Below are positions 33,998-41,737 of a stretch of DNA of 51,442 nucleotides, in pieces (position 1 is the first letter of the stretch; the number at the start of each line of letters is the position of its first letter). The notes under the pieces were generated by a model. The model searched no databases, was not told where the DNA came from, and worked only from the letters and a program-made list of their open reading frames with translations. The stretch spans positions 20,456 to 71,897 of the forward strand of contig CAZGGU010000001.1 in NCBI GenBank assembly GCA_964525395.1, written 5' to 3'. This DNA comes from an uncultured Gammaproteobacteria bacterium. Its GTDB lineage: Bacteria; Patescibacteriota; Microgenomatia; Levybacterales; UBA12049. Made by a program: the position numbers and the translations under genes.

Positions 33998-36900
33998 TTA
34001 TCTACAATAAACTGATCGCTTACCCAGCCCTTTAAATTTTCACCGTCATATTGGAACTCAACTTGAATCCAGTTTTCTTTATGATTAACTTTCTTCGCAA
34101 GTACGCTTTTTTGTAATCTTTTTACTATTTGGGTATTAAGAGATGGCCCTTCTCTCAAATTAACTGCACTGGGGGAAGCAACAATTTCCACATTTTCCAT
34201 CTTAGTCCTTGCTCCCAAAACAGACTTTTCTCCAGATAAATCAACTTCTTCACGAGAACTTTCTGAGACTTCTTTCTGCTCTTCTCGAGAAGTTACTGTA
34301 TTCTTCTCTTCCAAGGCTGGCTTTGAAGACTTATCCTTAAACATAAAAATACCCAATATTAGCGATAAACCCAAAACGATAATCATCATAAAAGCAATAA
34401 CTTTTTTAGATATTAACTTATCGAATTCATAGAAAATATTTGTAATCGGAGAGAAATAACTAGCATAAAATCCTTTTGTATTTCCTCCGTCTTTTTTTCT
34501 GCTTCCTACGAAGATTAGTCGCATATATAAAGCAAGAAAGATAAAGCCAGCTAATAGCACAATTATTATTCCCCAGACAGCTAAAACTTGTGCCCCTCCC
34601 ACGAATCCAAAAAGCGACCCAGCAGAGCTGGCAGAAGTTCCGAGCGTTTTCAAATCATTTATCTCAGATTTAGCTTTATCAACTTGAATTACTGCATCCC
34701 TATATGCCTTAATCCTCTCTTCAGGAGTATTGGCATCTTTTTGAATTCTTGATGCAGAGTCTAAAGAGGCAACAATATCAGCATAAAGCGTCGCGCCTTG
34801 CCCAAAATATGAAGTCCCTTTAAGTGGCGCGTATAATTCTTTTGCTTGAATTCTTAGCGAAGATATTTCTTCATCTGATATTTTCCAAATATCTTTAACT
34901 TCAACTGAATATATTCTCGTGGCATTTGCTGCCAATACTACTTGCCCGCTGGCATAATATGCATCTTCAGCCGCATCATATTCAATTGTTAAATCATCAT
35001 CTTTTTTTATTACATCTTTCTCTGTTGCTTCTTTTGGCAAATAAAACTTAACTGGAATTGTCTGAGCCACACCGGTGGGATTAGTTATCAACGTTTTAAA
35101 AATAATACTGCCTTCTTCCATCCAGGTCTGAACGATAGGGCTTTTTGTACCATTTTCTAGTAAAGATTTATTTGCTTGAGTCAATGCTTGCAATGAAAGT
35201 ACACTATTTTTAAGACTTTGCAGATCCGAAGCATTTGCTTGCGAAAGCGTTAATATTTCCGAAACGCCCGAAATAGAATTTGAATCTGAAACATCTGTGG
35301 AAATTGCATTTATTTCATCGATAATATCAGCAGCTGTATAACTATCCCACTTAGCAAGTAGATCTGAAAGCCCAGCGCCAGATGTATCAAGATTTTGAAT
35401 TGTTTCTTTATTTAACTTTAATCTTCCATATAAGGTCGCTGCAGAAGAGGTGTCTGTGCTTGTTCCAATTTTAGTCTGCATGGAAGAAATCTCAGTAATA
35501 ATCGATTGCATATCTTCATAGGCAGTCGTAGATTTCCCGTTGTAATTAAGTTCATTCTTTAAATCATCAATATCTGATTGAGTAGCTGTAGCCGAATTGT
35601 AAATATCATCAGCTGTTCTTGAGCCCCATTTGCCTTTAATACAATTAACCTGTCCAAAAATAGTTGAATCTAAACAACCATCCGCTGCGTCCCCCAACGA
35701 GGAATTGTCGAGAGCATTTACTGCTGTCATTAAATCTGCCATCGTATAGCTTCCCCATTTTGCTAAGATTGTATCTGCCTTGGTATCTATACCGTCCACC
35801 GTCGTATTGATCGAATCCACATTCGTACTAATAGTATTAACCGTGGTAGAAACGCCTGCCACTTCAGTTGAAACATCAGATAGACTTTTATTATTAGGTC
35901 CTTTTATCGAGATCGTACTAGATGAAACATCGTCCCTTGTGGCTTGAATTTTTCCAAAAACTGTAAGCGCCGAAGAATTATCCCCCGATGCTCCAATATT
36001 GTTATTCAATGTTTGAGCGTAAGTCTTTATCGCCTGCAAATCATCATATGCGGTAGAAGATTTACCATTATAGTTAAGCTCATTTCTAAGTGCAGCCGAA
36101 TAAGTGGCTGCATTATTAGCTGCCAAATAAAGTGAGTCCGCAGTCTGACTTCCCCATTTATCCCTAACGCATTTTATACTTCCGAAGATTGTACTTCCGG
36201 AACAAATATCAGAATTTGAACCTAAACTTGTCTCGAGAGTATCCACATAACCTATCAAATCGCTTGCGCTATATGATCCCCACTTAGAAAGAATTGAAGA
36301 TGCATTAGAATTTATAGTATCTACTTTTGTGTCCATGGAGTTAACCGTAGTAGTCAACGAATCAATTGAAGATTGGGCTGTAGCAATACTTGTATTAATC
36401 TGCGTTAAATCCTTATTTCCCGCACCTTTTATAGATGTAGTGGCTGAGGAAGTAGCAGAATCTACATCTGATTTAGTAGCCAATTGTCCACCATCAGCTA
36501 AATTCGCACCAGTCAAGGTTCGCGTCGCACTACTCCAAACATCAGCAACAAGTGTTCCAAACGTGGTCAGTGACCTCGCTGAATAGCTCCATATGTCAGA
36601 GATAAGTGTGCCAAATGAACTAAGTGTCCTTGAAGGGTAACTCCAGATATCTGCAGTTGAAGGAACAGTATTCTGTAGCTTTTCTCCGAAACTTCCTGAC
36701 GTCACATGGGCACTGGCTGTCGCATTCCAAACTTGATCTGCTGTTTTTTCTTCAATGGTAAAAGACTTATCGAGCTTCAGTGTATCACCGCCCGTTACAC
36801 AAGTTATCTGACTTCTATATAAGCCAAGGGTCATATTAGAAGTGTTAAATGTATATGAATACCAGCCATCGCTTTCAGCAGCTGATGTCATAGATTGACC

Positions 36901-37128
36901 ATTTAAAAAGAGGGATCCATCGGGGTAACGACTAGTTAGGGTGCAGGTAGCGTCTGTGATTGGCGCATATGAATCATCATAAAGATATTCACCTATTGAG
37001 CAAGCCGAGCCTTCTGCGCATTTTTGATAACCTGCACTTGATGCATCCACAATACCTGGGACAATAAATACGTAAGATAATATAAAGATTATAGATAAGA
37101 TAATCTTTAACTTATTAGACAGAAGCAT
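33994..37128 (-). CDS. 1044-aa repeat-containing surface protein: Sec signal, beta-sandwich, W-repeats, ~180-aa tandem repeats, two TMs, C-terminal SH3b
   Basis: Signal peptide ending VDA/SS with no twin arginine. Internal repeats are listed as separate features. The TM pair lies near aa 860-945. The C-terminus, VNLREGPSLNTQIV...NWIQVEF...LKGWVSDQFI, fits bacterial SH3. The start lies 2 nt after the tatA stop. Confidence 0.75.
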   Translation of the reverse strand: MLLSNKLKIILSIIFILSYVFIVPGIVDASSAGYQKCAEGSACSIGEYLYDDSYAPITDATCTLTSRYPDGSLFLNGQSMTSAAESDGWYSYTFNTSNMTLGLYRSQITCVTGGDTLKLDKSFTIEEKTADQVWNATASAHVTSGSFGEKLQNTVPSTADIWSYPSRTLSSFGTLISDIWSYSARSLTTFGTLVADVWSSATRTLTGANLADGGQLATKSDVDSATSSATTSIKGAGNKDLTQINTSIATAQSSIDSLTTTVNSMDTKVDTINSNASSILSKWGSYSASDLIGYVDTLETSLGSNSDICSGSTIFGSIKCVRDKWGSQTADSLYLAANNAATYSAALRNELNYNGKSSTAYDDLQAIKTYAQTLNNNIGASGDNSSALTVFGKIQATRDDVSSSTISIKGPNNKSLSDVSTEVAGVSTTVNTISTNVDSINTTVDGIDTKADTILAKWGSYTMADLMTAVNALDNSSLGDAADGCLDSTIFGQVNCIKGKWGSRTADDIYNSATATQSDIDDLKNELNYNGKSTTAYEDMQSIITEISSMQTKIGTSTDTSSAATLYGRLKLNKETIQNLDTSGAGLSDLLAKWDSYTAADIIDEINAISTDVSDSNSISGVSEILTLSQANASDLQSLKNSVLSLQALTQANKSLLENGTKSPIVQTWMEEGSIIFKTLITNPTGVAQTIPVKFYLPKEATEKDVIKKDDDLTIEYDAAEDAYYASGQVVLAANATRIYSVEVKDIWKISDEEISSLRIQAKELYAPLKGTSYFGQGATLYADIVASLDSASRIQKDANTPEERIKAYRDAVIQVDKAKSEINDLKTLGTSASSAGSLFGFVGGAQVLAVWGIIIVLLAGFIFLALYMRLIFVGSRKKDGGNTKGFYASYFSPITNIFYEFDKLISKKVIAFMMIIVLGLSLILGIFMFKDKSSKPALEEKNTVTSREEQKEVSESSREEVDLSGEKSVLGARTKMENVEIVASPSAVNLREGPSLNTQIVKRLQKSVLAKKVNHKENWIQVEFQYDGENLKGWVSDQFIVDK
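35293..36453 (-). repeat. two full and one partial ~180-aa tandem coding repeats in the 1044-aa protein
   Basis: Unit 1 (aa ~226-400) and unit 2 (aa ~402-580) share ILxKWGSYxxxDL..., C..STIFG...C..KWGS.TAD, NELNYNGKS.TAY.D.Q and S.A.T..G. A third copy starts LLAKWDSYTAADI. Each full unit has a Cys pair 11 residues apart. Confidence 0.8.
36499..36738 (-). repeat. four short ~18-aa repeats (A/S)D(I/V)W(S/N)xxxR(T/S)Lxx(F)G(T)L
   Basis: ADQVWNATASAHVTSGSFGEKL, ADIWSYPSRTLSSFGTL, SDIWSYSARSLTTFGTL and ADVWSSATRTLTGANL, at aa 130-210. Confidence 0.75.
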
Positions 37129-37130
37129 TG

Positions 37131-37310
37131 TTATTCTTTACTTTCTTTTTTATCTTTAGCTTTTTCTTCATCACCTCGAAAAGCACCTAAGACTTCTTTA
37201 ATTGCTTGGGACAAGCCTTTTGCGAATTCTGGCAATTTTTTAGGACCAAAAATTATTAAAAGGACTACAGCAACGATTATTATTTCAGTTTTACCTATAC
37301 TATCAAACAT
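37131..37310 (-). CDS. tatA: twin-arginine translocase subunit TatA/E (59 aa; below the ORF-track cutoff)
   Basis: Translation: MFDSIGKTEIIIVAVVLLIIFGPKKLPEFAKGLSQAIKEVLGAFRGDEEKAKDKKESKE. This shows the canonical TM, the FGPKKLPE hinge and an amphipathic helix. A GGAGG Shine-Dalgarno sequence lies 9 nt upstream. Confidence 0.9.
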   Translation of the reverse strand: MFDSIGKTEIIIVAVVLLIIFGPKKLPEFAKGLSQAIKEVLGAFRGDEEKAKDKKESKE

Positions 37311-37336
37311 GTATAAACACCTCCCTTCAAGAGCAG

Positions 37337-38053
37337 TTAATGTCTATTTAATAGTAGCCCAAACTCGAATAAAAAGAAAAGTGGCAAAGTTAACATAATT
37401 AATGAGAAAAGGTCTGTCGGCGGGAGCAAAACGGCTACCAAGAGTAGCCCTAGATAAACATATTTTCTCTTTTTCACCATCTCACTCCTTTTTACAATTT
37501 TTAATCTAATTAAAATAGTAACAATTATCGGGACTTGGAAAATAATTCCAGTCAGAAATGAAGTAAATAAAATCTGCGAAAGAAAATTCTGAATGTCCCA
37601 AAAACTATCGACCCCAGAAGAAGTCCAGACATTGGAATAAAAATTTATAATCTGCTGCATAATCCACATTCCAAACGAAAAGCCAACGATAAAAAGAAAA
37701 ATTGAAAGTGGAGCAAAAGAAAGTATTATTTTTCTCTCTGTAGGCTTTAATGCAGGCTTAAAAAAAAGATAAAGCCTAATAAATGAGTAGGGAAGTGCAA
37801 TAATAATTCCTACTATAAAACTTACAGTAAAAGTGAGACTGATATACTGATACGGAGATGTGGTAATTATGCTTACATTTTTAAAGTTATATAACCCAAG
37901 AATAAAATCGACGATTTTCTGACTATTTACTAGTCCAAAAATTGCCCCCACTATAAAAATTACGAATATAATAAAAACTTGCAATCTAAGCTCCAGTAAA
38001 TAGGGCCTATATTTTATATAAAGTTCGTTTAATTCTTGCGATTTATCTTCCAT
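37337..38053 (-). CDS. tatC: twin-arginine translocase subunit TatC
   Basis: LLELR, TSPYQYISLTFTVS, FFKPALKPTERK, FQVPIIV, KRKYVYLGLLLVAVLLPPTDLFS and FLFEFG align along the whole length with TatC. Six TMs. Confidence 0.92.
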   Translation of the reverse strand: MEDKSQELNELYIKYRPYLLELRLQVFIIFVIFIVGAIFGLVNSQKIVDFILGLYNFKNVSIITTSPYQYISLTFTVSFIVGIIIALPYSFIRLYLFFKPALKPTERKIILSFAPLSIFLFIVGFSFGMWIMQQIINFYSNVWTSSGVDSFWDIQNFLSQILFTSFLTGIIFQVPIIVTILIRLKIVKRSEMVKKRKYVYLGLLLVAVLLPPTDLFSLIMLTLPLFFLFEFGLLLNRH

Positions 38054-38080
38054 TTACAGCTAATCGTAACATTTTTATCC

Positions 38081-38110
38081 TTGAACAAACAATAAAAGTA
38101 AATATACAAT
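38081..38110 (+). promoter_or_regulatory. promoter of the three-gene beta-rich module, leaderless geometry
   Basis: TTGAAC, 18 nt, TACAAT, then 6 nt to the ATG at 38117. No Shine-Dalgarno sequence. Confidence 0.5.
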
Positions 38111-38116
38111 GTAAGA

Positions 38117-38533
38117 ATGGCAGCCAAATTTGACCCAATTTTAGGCAAGCTTAGAACTGAGGACAGAGGAGTTACAGAAGGTAGCTTTGGAATAACTATT
38201 GATGGTGGTGGAAATGTAATTACAACTGGCACGAAAGGGTATGTAACAATTCCCTACGACTGCACTATTACTGGTTGGGATATTTTCGCAGACCAAACTG
38301 GTTCATGCGTAATTGACCTCTGGAAGGATACCTATTCGAACTTCGCACCAACTATTGCAGATACCATAACGGGTACTGAAAAACCCACACTTAGCTCTCA
38401 ACAAAAAAACAGAGACACCTCCCTCACCACCTGGACAACGAATATTTCAGCTGGAGATATCATAGCGTTTAATGTCGACAGCGCTTCGACAGTACAGCGC
38501 GTAAATGTTATTATAAAAGTTAATAAGATTTAA
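38117..38533 (+). CDS. 138-aa signal-less beta-rich protein (module gene A); possibly related to small proteins of phage tail/structural modules
   Basis: GITIDGGGNVITTGTKGYVTIPYDCTITGWDIFADQTGSCVIDLWKDTYSNFAPT...W.T.I.AGD...FNV. From memory I associate this pattern with ~130-aa phage-encoded proteins; unverified. No signal peptide or TM. Confidence 0.55.
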   Translation: MAAKFDPILGKLRTEDRGVTEGSFGITIDGGGNVITTGTKGYVTIPYDCTITGWDIFADQTGSCVIDLWKDTYSNFAPTIADTITGTEKPTLSSQQKNRDTSLTTWTTNISAGDIIAFNVDSASTVQRVNVIIKVNKI

Positions 38534-38535
38534 AT

Positions 38536-40707
38536 ATGGCTAAACTCGCAGTAAATATTAATTATGGAAACTTAGCTACCTATGTTTTTCCTGGTGGATA
38601 TGATTCAACTAAGTTAGGTCTTGGACCTCTGATTACTCAAAAAAATGGAGGCGGAGAAGGCAATTATGCTGGCCCATATCCGATCGCACTTGCTCGCCCA
38701 ATGGAACAAAGTACAGCAATACCCGGGATCTATCCATGGGCTATGCAGTGGTCTTCAACTATTGATTGGGTCTTTCTAGCTGATAATGCAGCTGCAGCAG
38801 CCACCAGAAGAATAATTCTTTACACATACAATCGCGCAACAAACGCATTCTCCTGGCAAGGTTTTATCACTATTGGCTTTCCATTCGGTGGAACCCAAGG
38901 AACATACACAATCACTGGCATGAGGATGACCTACGACACATATTCTACGGGTTCAGCAAGCGCATCAGGCACTGCTGTCACCGGCTCTACAACCGCGTGG
39001 CAAACCGCCAGAATAGCTGTGGGAGCAAGGATAGGCTTTGGATCTACTGATCCAACGCAAATTACCACTTGGTATGATATTTCCGCGATCGGCAGCGACA
39101 CAAGCATTACACTTAGCACTTCCGCAGGTACTGTAAATTCTGGATCATACGTTATCGAAGAATTAAGAGCTATTGTCCTTACAAAAAACGGCACCACTGC
39201 TACCAACGGAGGCTTATTTATAGTTAAAGGATTAAATTACTCAACATTTAACACCGCTGGTTCACCTACTATCGCAGCCGCAACCACGACTGATAACATA
39301 CGGGCAACTTATTGGGTAAAAGATGCAGCCACATCTACCAACACCAATGGAACTGGACTAGCTATACAGACTAAGGACTCAAATACTCAGCATTACGTCT
39401 GGGTACTACAAGGTACTACTACTATGCAGCTTTATAAATATAATCTAAGAGCCGCACTAACACTCACCTCTGGTGCGGATACTGCTAATTCTTGGCAATT
39501 TTCTACAGGCGTTACTGCAACACTAACAGGTACTGCATCACAGGCTAATAACGGCAGACTTGCAAACATGTCTTCTGGGCCTGGCTCAGGCCTTAACTGT
39601 ATTTACTTCACAACAACAACCAGAATATATCGATCAGTTGATGTATCAACAATTACCACTGGTGTAACAAATTTCCTTGCAGACAATTCGGCTGAAATAC
39701 CCCCTGGAAGCGCAAGCTCTACAGCTGCATCCTCTCTGCTAAACAGCATTGAGTACGCCACGTCATTAGATAAGATGATAGTTATGACTACGGGGGCAGC
39801 AGGCGTCAGGTCCTATGTAACGCAATACAGAACTGATTCTGGACAATGGGATAGACTTTTTTTGATAGACAATAAGCAAATTGATCAATCATTAGCAGAT
39901 TCTACTCTTACTCCTTTTCCTTCAATCCTTGCAAGAGCATTTTCGGTTTGGTCAGAAGGTGGAGTTGCCTATTTAGCTGGTATCGGCACAACGGCGGCCA
40001 CTAACTTACTTTATGCAATTCCATTAGGAGCAGATTGGGAATATACTTCTACCACAAACTGCAGAGTTGTAACACCATCTTTAAGTACTCCGAATGTAGA
40101 CTCTTTTGATAAAGTTTATACTAACTCCGTAACAATTCTGGGCGGCGCTACTGGACAAGTATTGGGCTTACCACTCGAAGCATTTGAAACTCATTACAGA
40201 ACAACAGGAATTTCTGATAACTCTGGCAGCTGGATTACCCTAGATGACAGTGGAGATCTATCAAGCGTATCGCCCTCAAATGAAATTCAGTTTGCTTTTG
40301 ACTTTAGAACAATCGGAACTACATGCATACCTGCTAGGCTCTTAAGCACAACAGTTACGTATAACGATCTATCTACAGATAGTCATTTCCAGCCATCAGT
40401 TACAAATTCATCCGCCGCTACAAAAATATTTTCATGGAGGTTTTCCACTGCTTTTGGAGGAACTGTACCTGCAATGAGAATTCGACTATATAATGCTGTT
40501 ACAAATGGAAGCTTACTTGATGATAACACTACAGATCATGCATCAGGTACTTGGGAGCAATCAACAGACGGTGGTTCTAATTGGTCTTCATATACAACAG
40601 TTGGGAGTCCTTTGGCTGATAAAGCAAATGAAACTACTTACATACGCTATACACCTACTTCGATTGCCGATAATATAAAAGTCAGAGCATTATTAACTCA
40701 AAACTAA
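38536..40707 (+). CDS. 723-aa signal-less T/S/A/G-rich, Lys-poor protein (module gene B): putative beta-propeller plus C-terminal beta-sandwich with an Asp-box
   Basis: About 14 Lys in 723 aa, against Lys-rich neighbours. Recurrent blade-like strands (RRIILYTY, GLFIVKG, HYVWVLQG, NCIYFTT, KMIVMTT, GVAYLAG). STDGGSNW (40561-40584) fits SxDxGxxW. The start lies 2 nt after the gene A stop. Confidence 0.6.
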   Translation: MAKLAVNINYGNLATYVFPGGYDSTKLGLGPLITQKNGGGEGNYAGPYPIALARPMEQSTAIPGIYPWAMQWSSTIDWVFLADNAAAAATRRIILYTYNRATNAFSWQGFITIGFPFGGTQGTYTITGMRMTYDTYSTGSASASGTAVTGSTTAWQTARIAVGARIGFGSTDPTQITTWYDISAIGSDTSITLSTSAGTVNSGSYVIEELRAIVLTKNGTTATNGGLFIVKGLNYSTFNTAGSPTIAAATTTDNIRATYWVKDAATSTNTNGTGLAIQTKDSNTQHYVWVLQGTTTMQLYKYNLRAALTLTSGADTANSWQFSTGVTATLTGTASQANNGRLANMSSGPGSGLNCIYFTTTTRIYRSVDVSTITTGVTNFLADNSAEIPPGSASSTAASSLLNSIEYATSLDKMIVMTTGAAGVRSYVTQYRTDSGQWDRLFLIDNKQIDQSLADSTLTPFPSILARAFSVWSEGGVAYLAGIGTTAATNLLYAIPLGADWEYTSTTNCRVVTPSLSTPNVDSFDKVYTNSVTILGGATGQVLGLPLEAFETHYRTTGISDNSGSWITLDDSGDLSSVSPSNEIQFAFDFRTIGTTCIPARLLSTTVTYNDLSTDSHFQPSVTNSSAATKIFSWRFSTAFGGTVPAMRIRLYNAVTNGSLLDDNTTDHASGTWEQSTDGGSNWSSYTTVGSPLADKANETTYIRYTPTSIADNIKVRALLTQN

Positions 40708-40708
40708 C

Positions 40709-40894
40709 ATGGCTTTAGAGGATATCGTATTTCCAGATGGAGACCCGCAAAACTTTATTCAAACCATGAATAGAGGCAATGTGGGCACAATTAGCGATAT
40801 TACCACTGAAACAAACTCCAACTCAGGTATACTTTTAGCAGAATGGACCTCTGCCACTACAGCCGAAACTACTGCATTCACCTGGGTATCTTAA
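40709..40894 (+). CDS. 61-aa signal-less acidic T-rich protein (module gene C)
   Basis: The ATG lies 1 nt after the gene B stop. Its composition matches A and B (no Lys). Confidence 0.45.
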   Translation: MALEDIVFPDGDPQNFIQTMNRGNVGTISDITTETNSNSGILLAEWTSATTAETTAFTWVS

Positions 40895-41737
40895 CTAGAA
40901 TGTAGCACTAAATGAAGCATAACTTTCTGAAGCTCTATTTGACCAATTATAACTACTGCCCCCTTTCGCATATAAGAAAGATCCATCCCCAACTTCTTTT
41001 ACAATATACCAAGCACCATCTTTATTTATGAAACCATAATAATAGGGGGTAGAAGAGGTATCCGTGTTAGCGATAGCATAACCGTCAGTTGGAGATTTGA
41101 TTGCTGGATCAATTAATGTTCCCGTTGTGTCTTTAATACCTACAGTTCCGGGCCCTGGTACACTACCAAAAAAAGCCGCACCTGCTTTTTGAGGATTTAA
41201 CATCATTGCTACAAAAACACCAAGACCAGCTCCTGCTAATAACTTAAAAAACTTTCTTCGATCAGCCTCTTTAACAATTTCTCCATTTTTAATCTCAGCC
41301 ACATCGTCAATCTGAAAGTTAAAAATATTTTCTTCATAGCTTGATATTTTTCTACCTTTTTTTATAGGCGAAACATTTTTAACACTACTTATAATTTTTA
41401 ATAAGAAATATATCTCAAGAGGCAAAAAGAATAACACGAAAAATATTTCATCTGCGCTGTGGATATTTAATATTATGGAGAGAAAAAGAACATTAGAAAA
41501 AATAAAGCTATAATAATTAAGAAAGTGCATCATCTTCTTAGATTGATTCTTAGAAATAACACCTTTTATAACTGGTGCAATATTTAGAAGATTTAATAAG
41601 AAGTATGCCTCAATAGGAATAAGTAAAATTAAAAATAAAAGATTATTAATTTGATCCTCATCATTGAAACCAATAAAGAGCAAACAAGAAACCAAGAATA
41701 AATTATAAATTAATAATATATTAATGACCTTCTTCAT
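40895..41737 (-). CDS. polytopic membrane protein: duplicated 2-TM hairpin (4 TMs), internal twin-arginine signal/5th TM, ~95-aa exported C-domain
   Basis: The duplicated segments share PIEAYFLLNLL / PLEIYFLLKII and FNDEDQI / HSADEIF. aa 157-188 read EADRRKFFKLLAGAGLGVFVAMMLNPQKAGA, i.e. RRxF(F/L)K plus an h-region plus an AxA-like site. Confidence 0.65.
   Translation of the reverse strand: MKKVINILLIYNLFLVSCLLFIGFNDEDQINNLLFLILLIPIEAYFLLNLLNIAPVIKGVISKNQSKKMMHFLNYYSFIFSNVLFLSIILNIHSADEIFFVLFFLPLEIYFLLKIISSVKNVSPIKKGRKISSYEENIFNFQIDDVAEIKNGEIVKEADRRKFFKLLAGAGLGVFVAMMLNPQKAGAAFFGSVPGPGTVGIKDTTGTLIDPAIKSPTDGYAIANTDTSSTPYYYGFINKDGAWYIVKEVGDGSFLYAKGGSSYNWSNRASESYASFSATF

Noticed and set aside
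35293-36738. Diversity-generating retroelement (TR/VR pair) or CRISPR-like repeats in the giant protein gene
   Set aside because: The repeats are in-frame, divergent at all base types (not A-specific) and lie within one ORF. There is no reverse transcriptase or Avd-like gene in the window and no spacer-repeat regularity.
38029-38232. 67-aa minus-strand ORF spanning the tatC start, the divergent promoter and the start of gene A
   Set aside because: It would overlap two better-supported genes and the promoter region, and it has no start signals.
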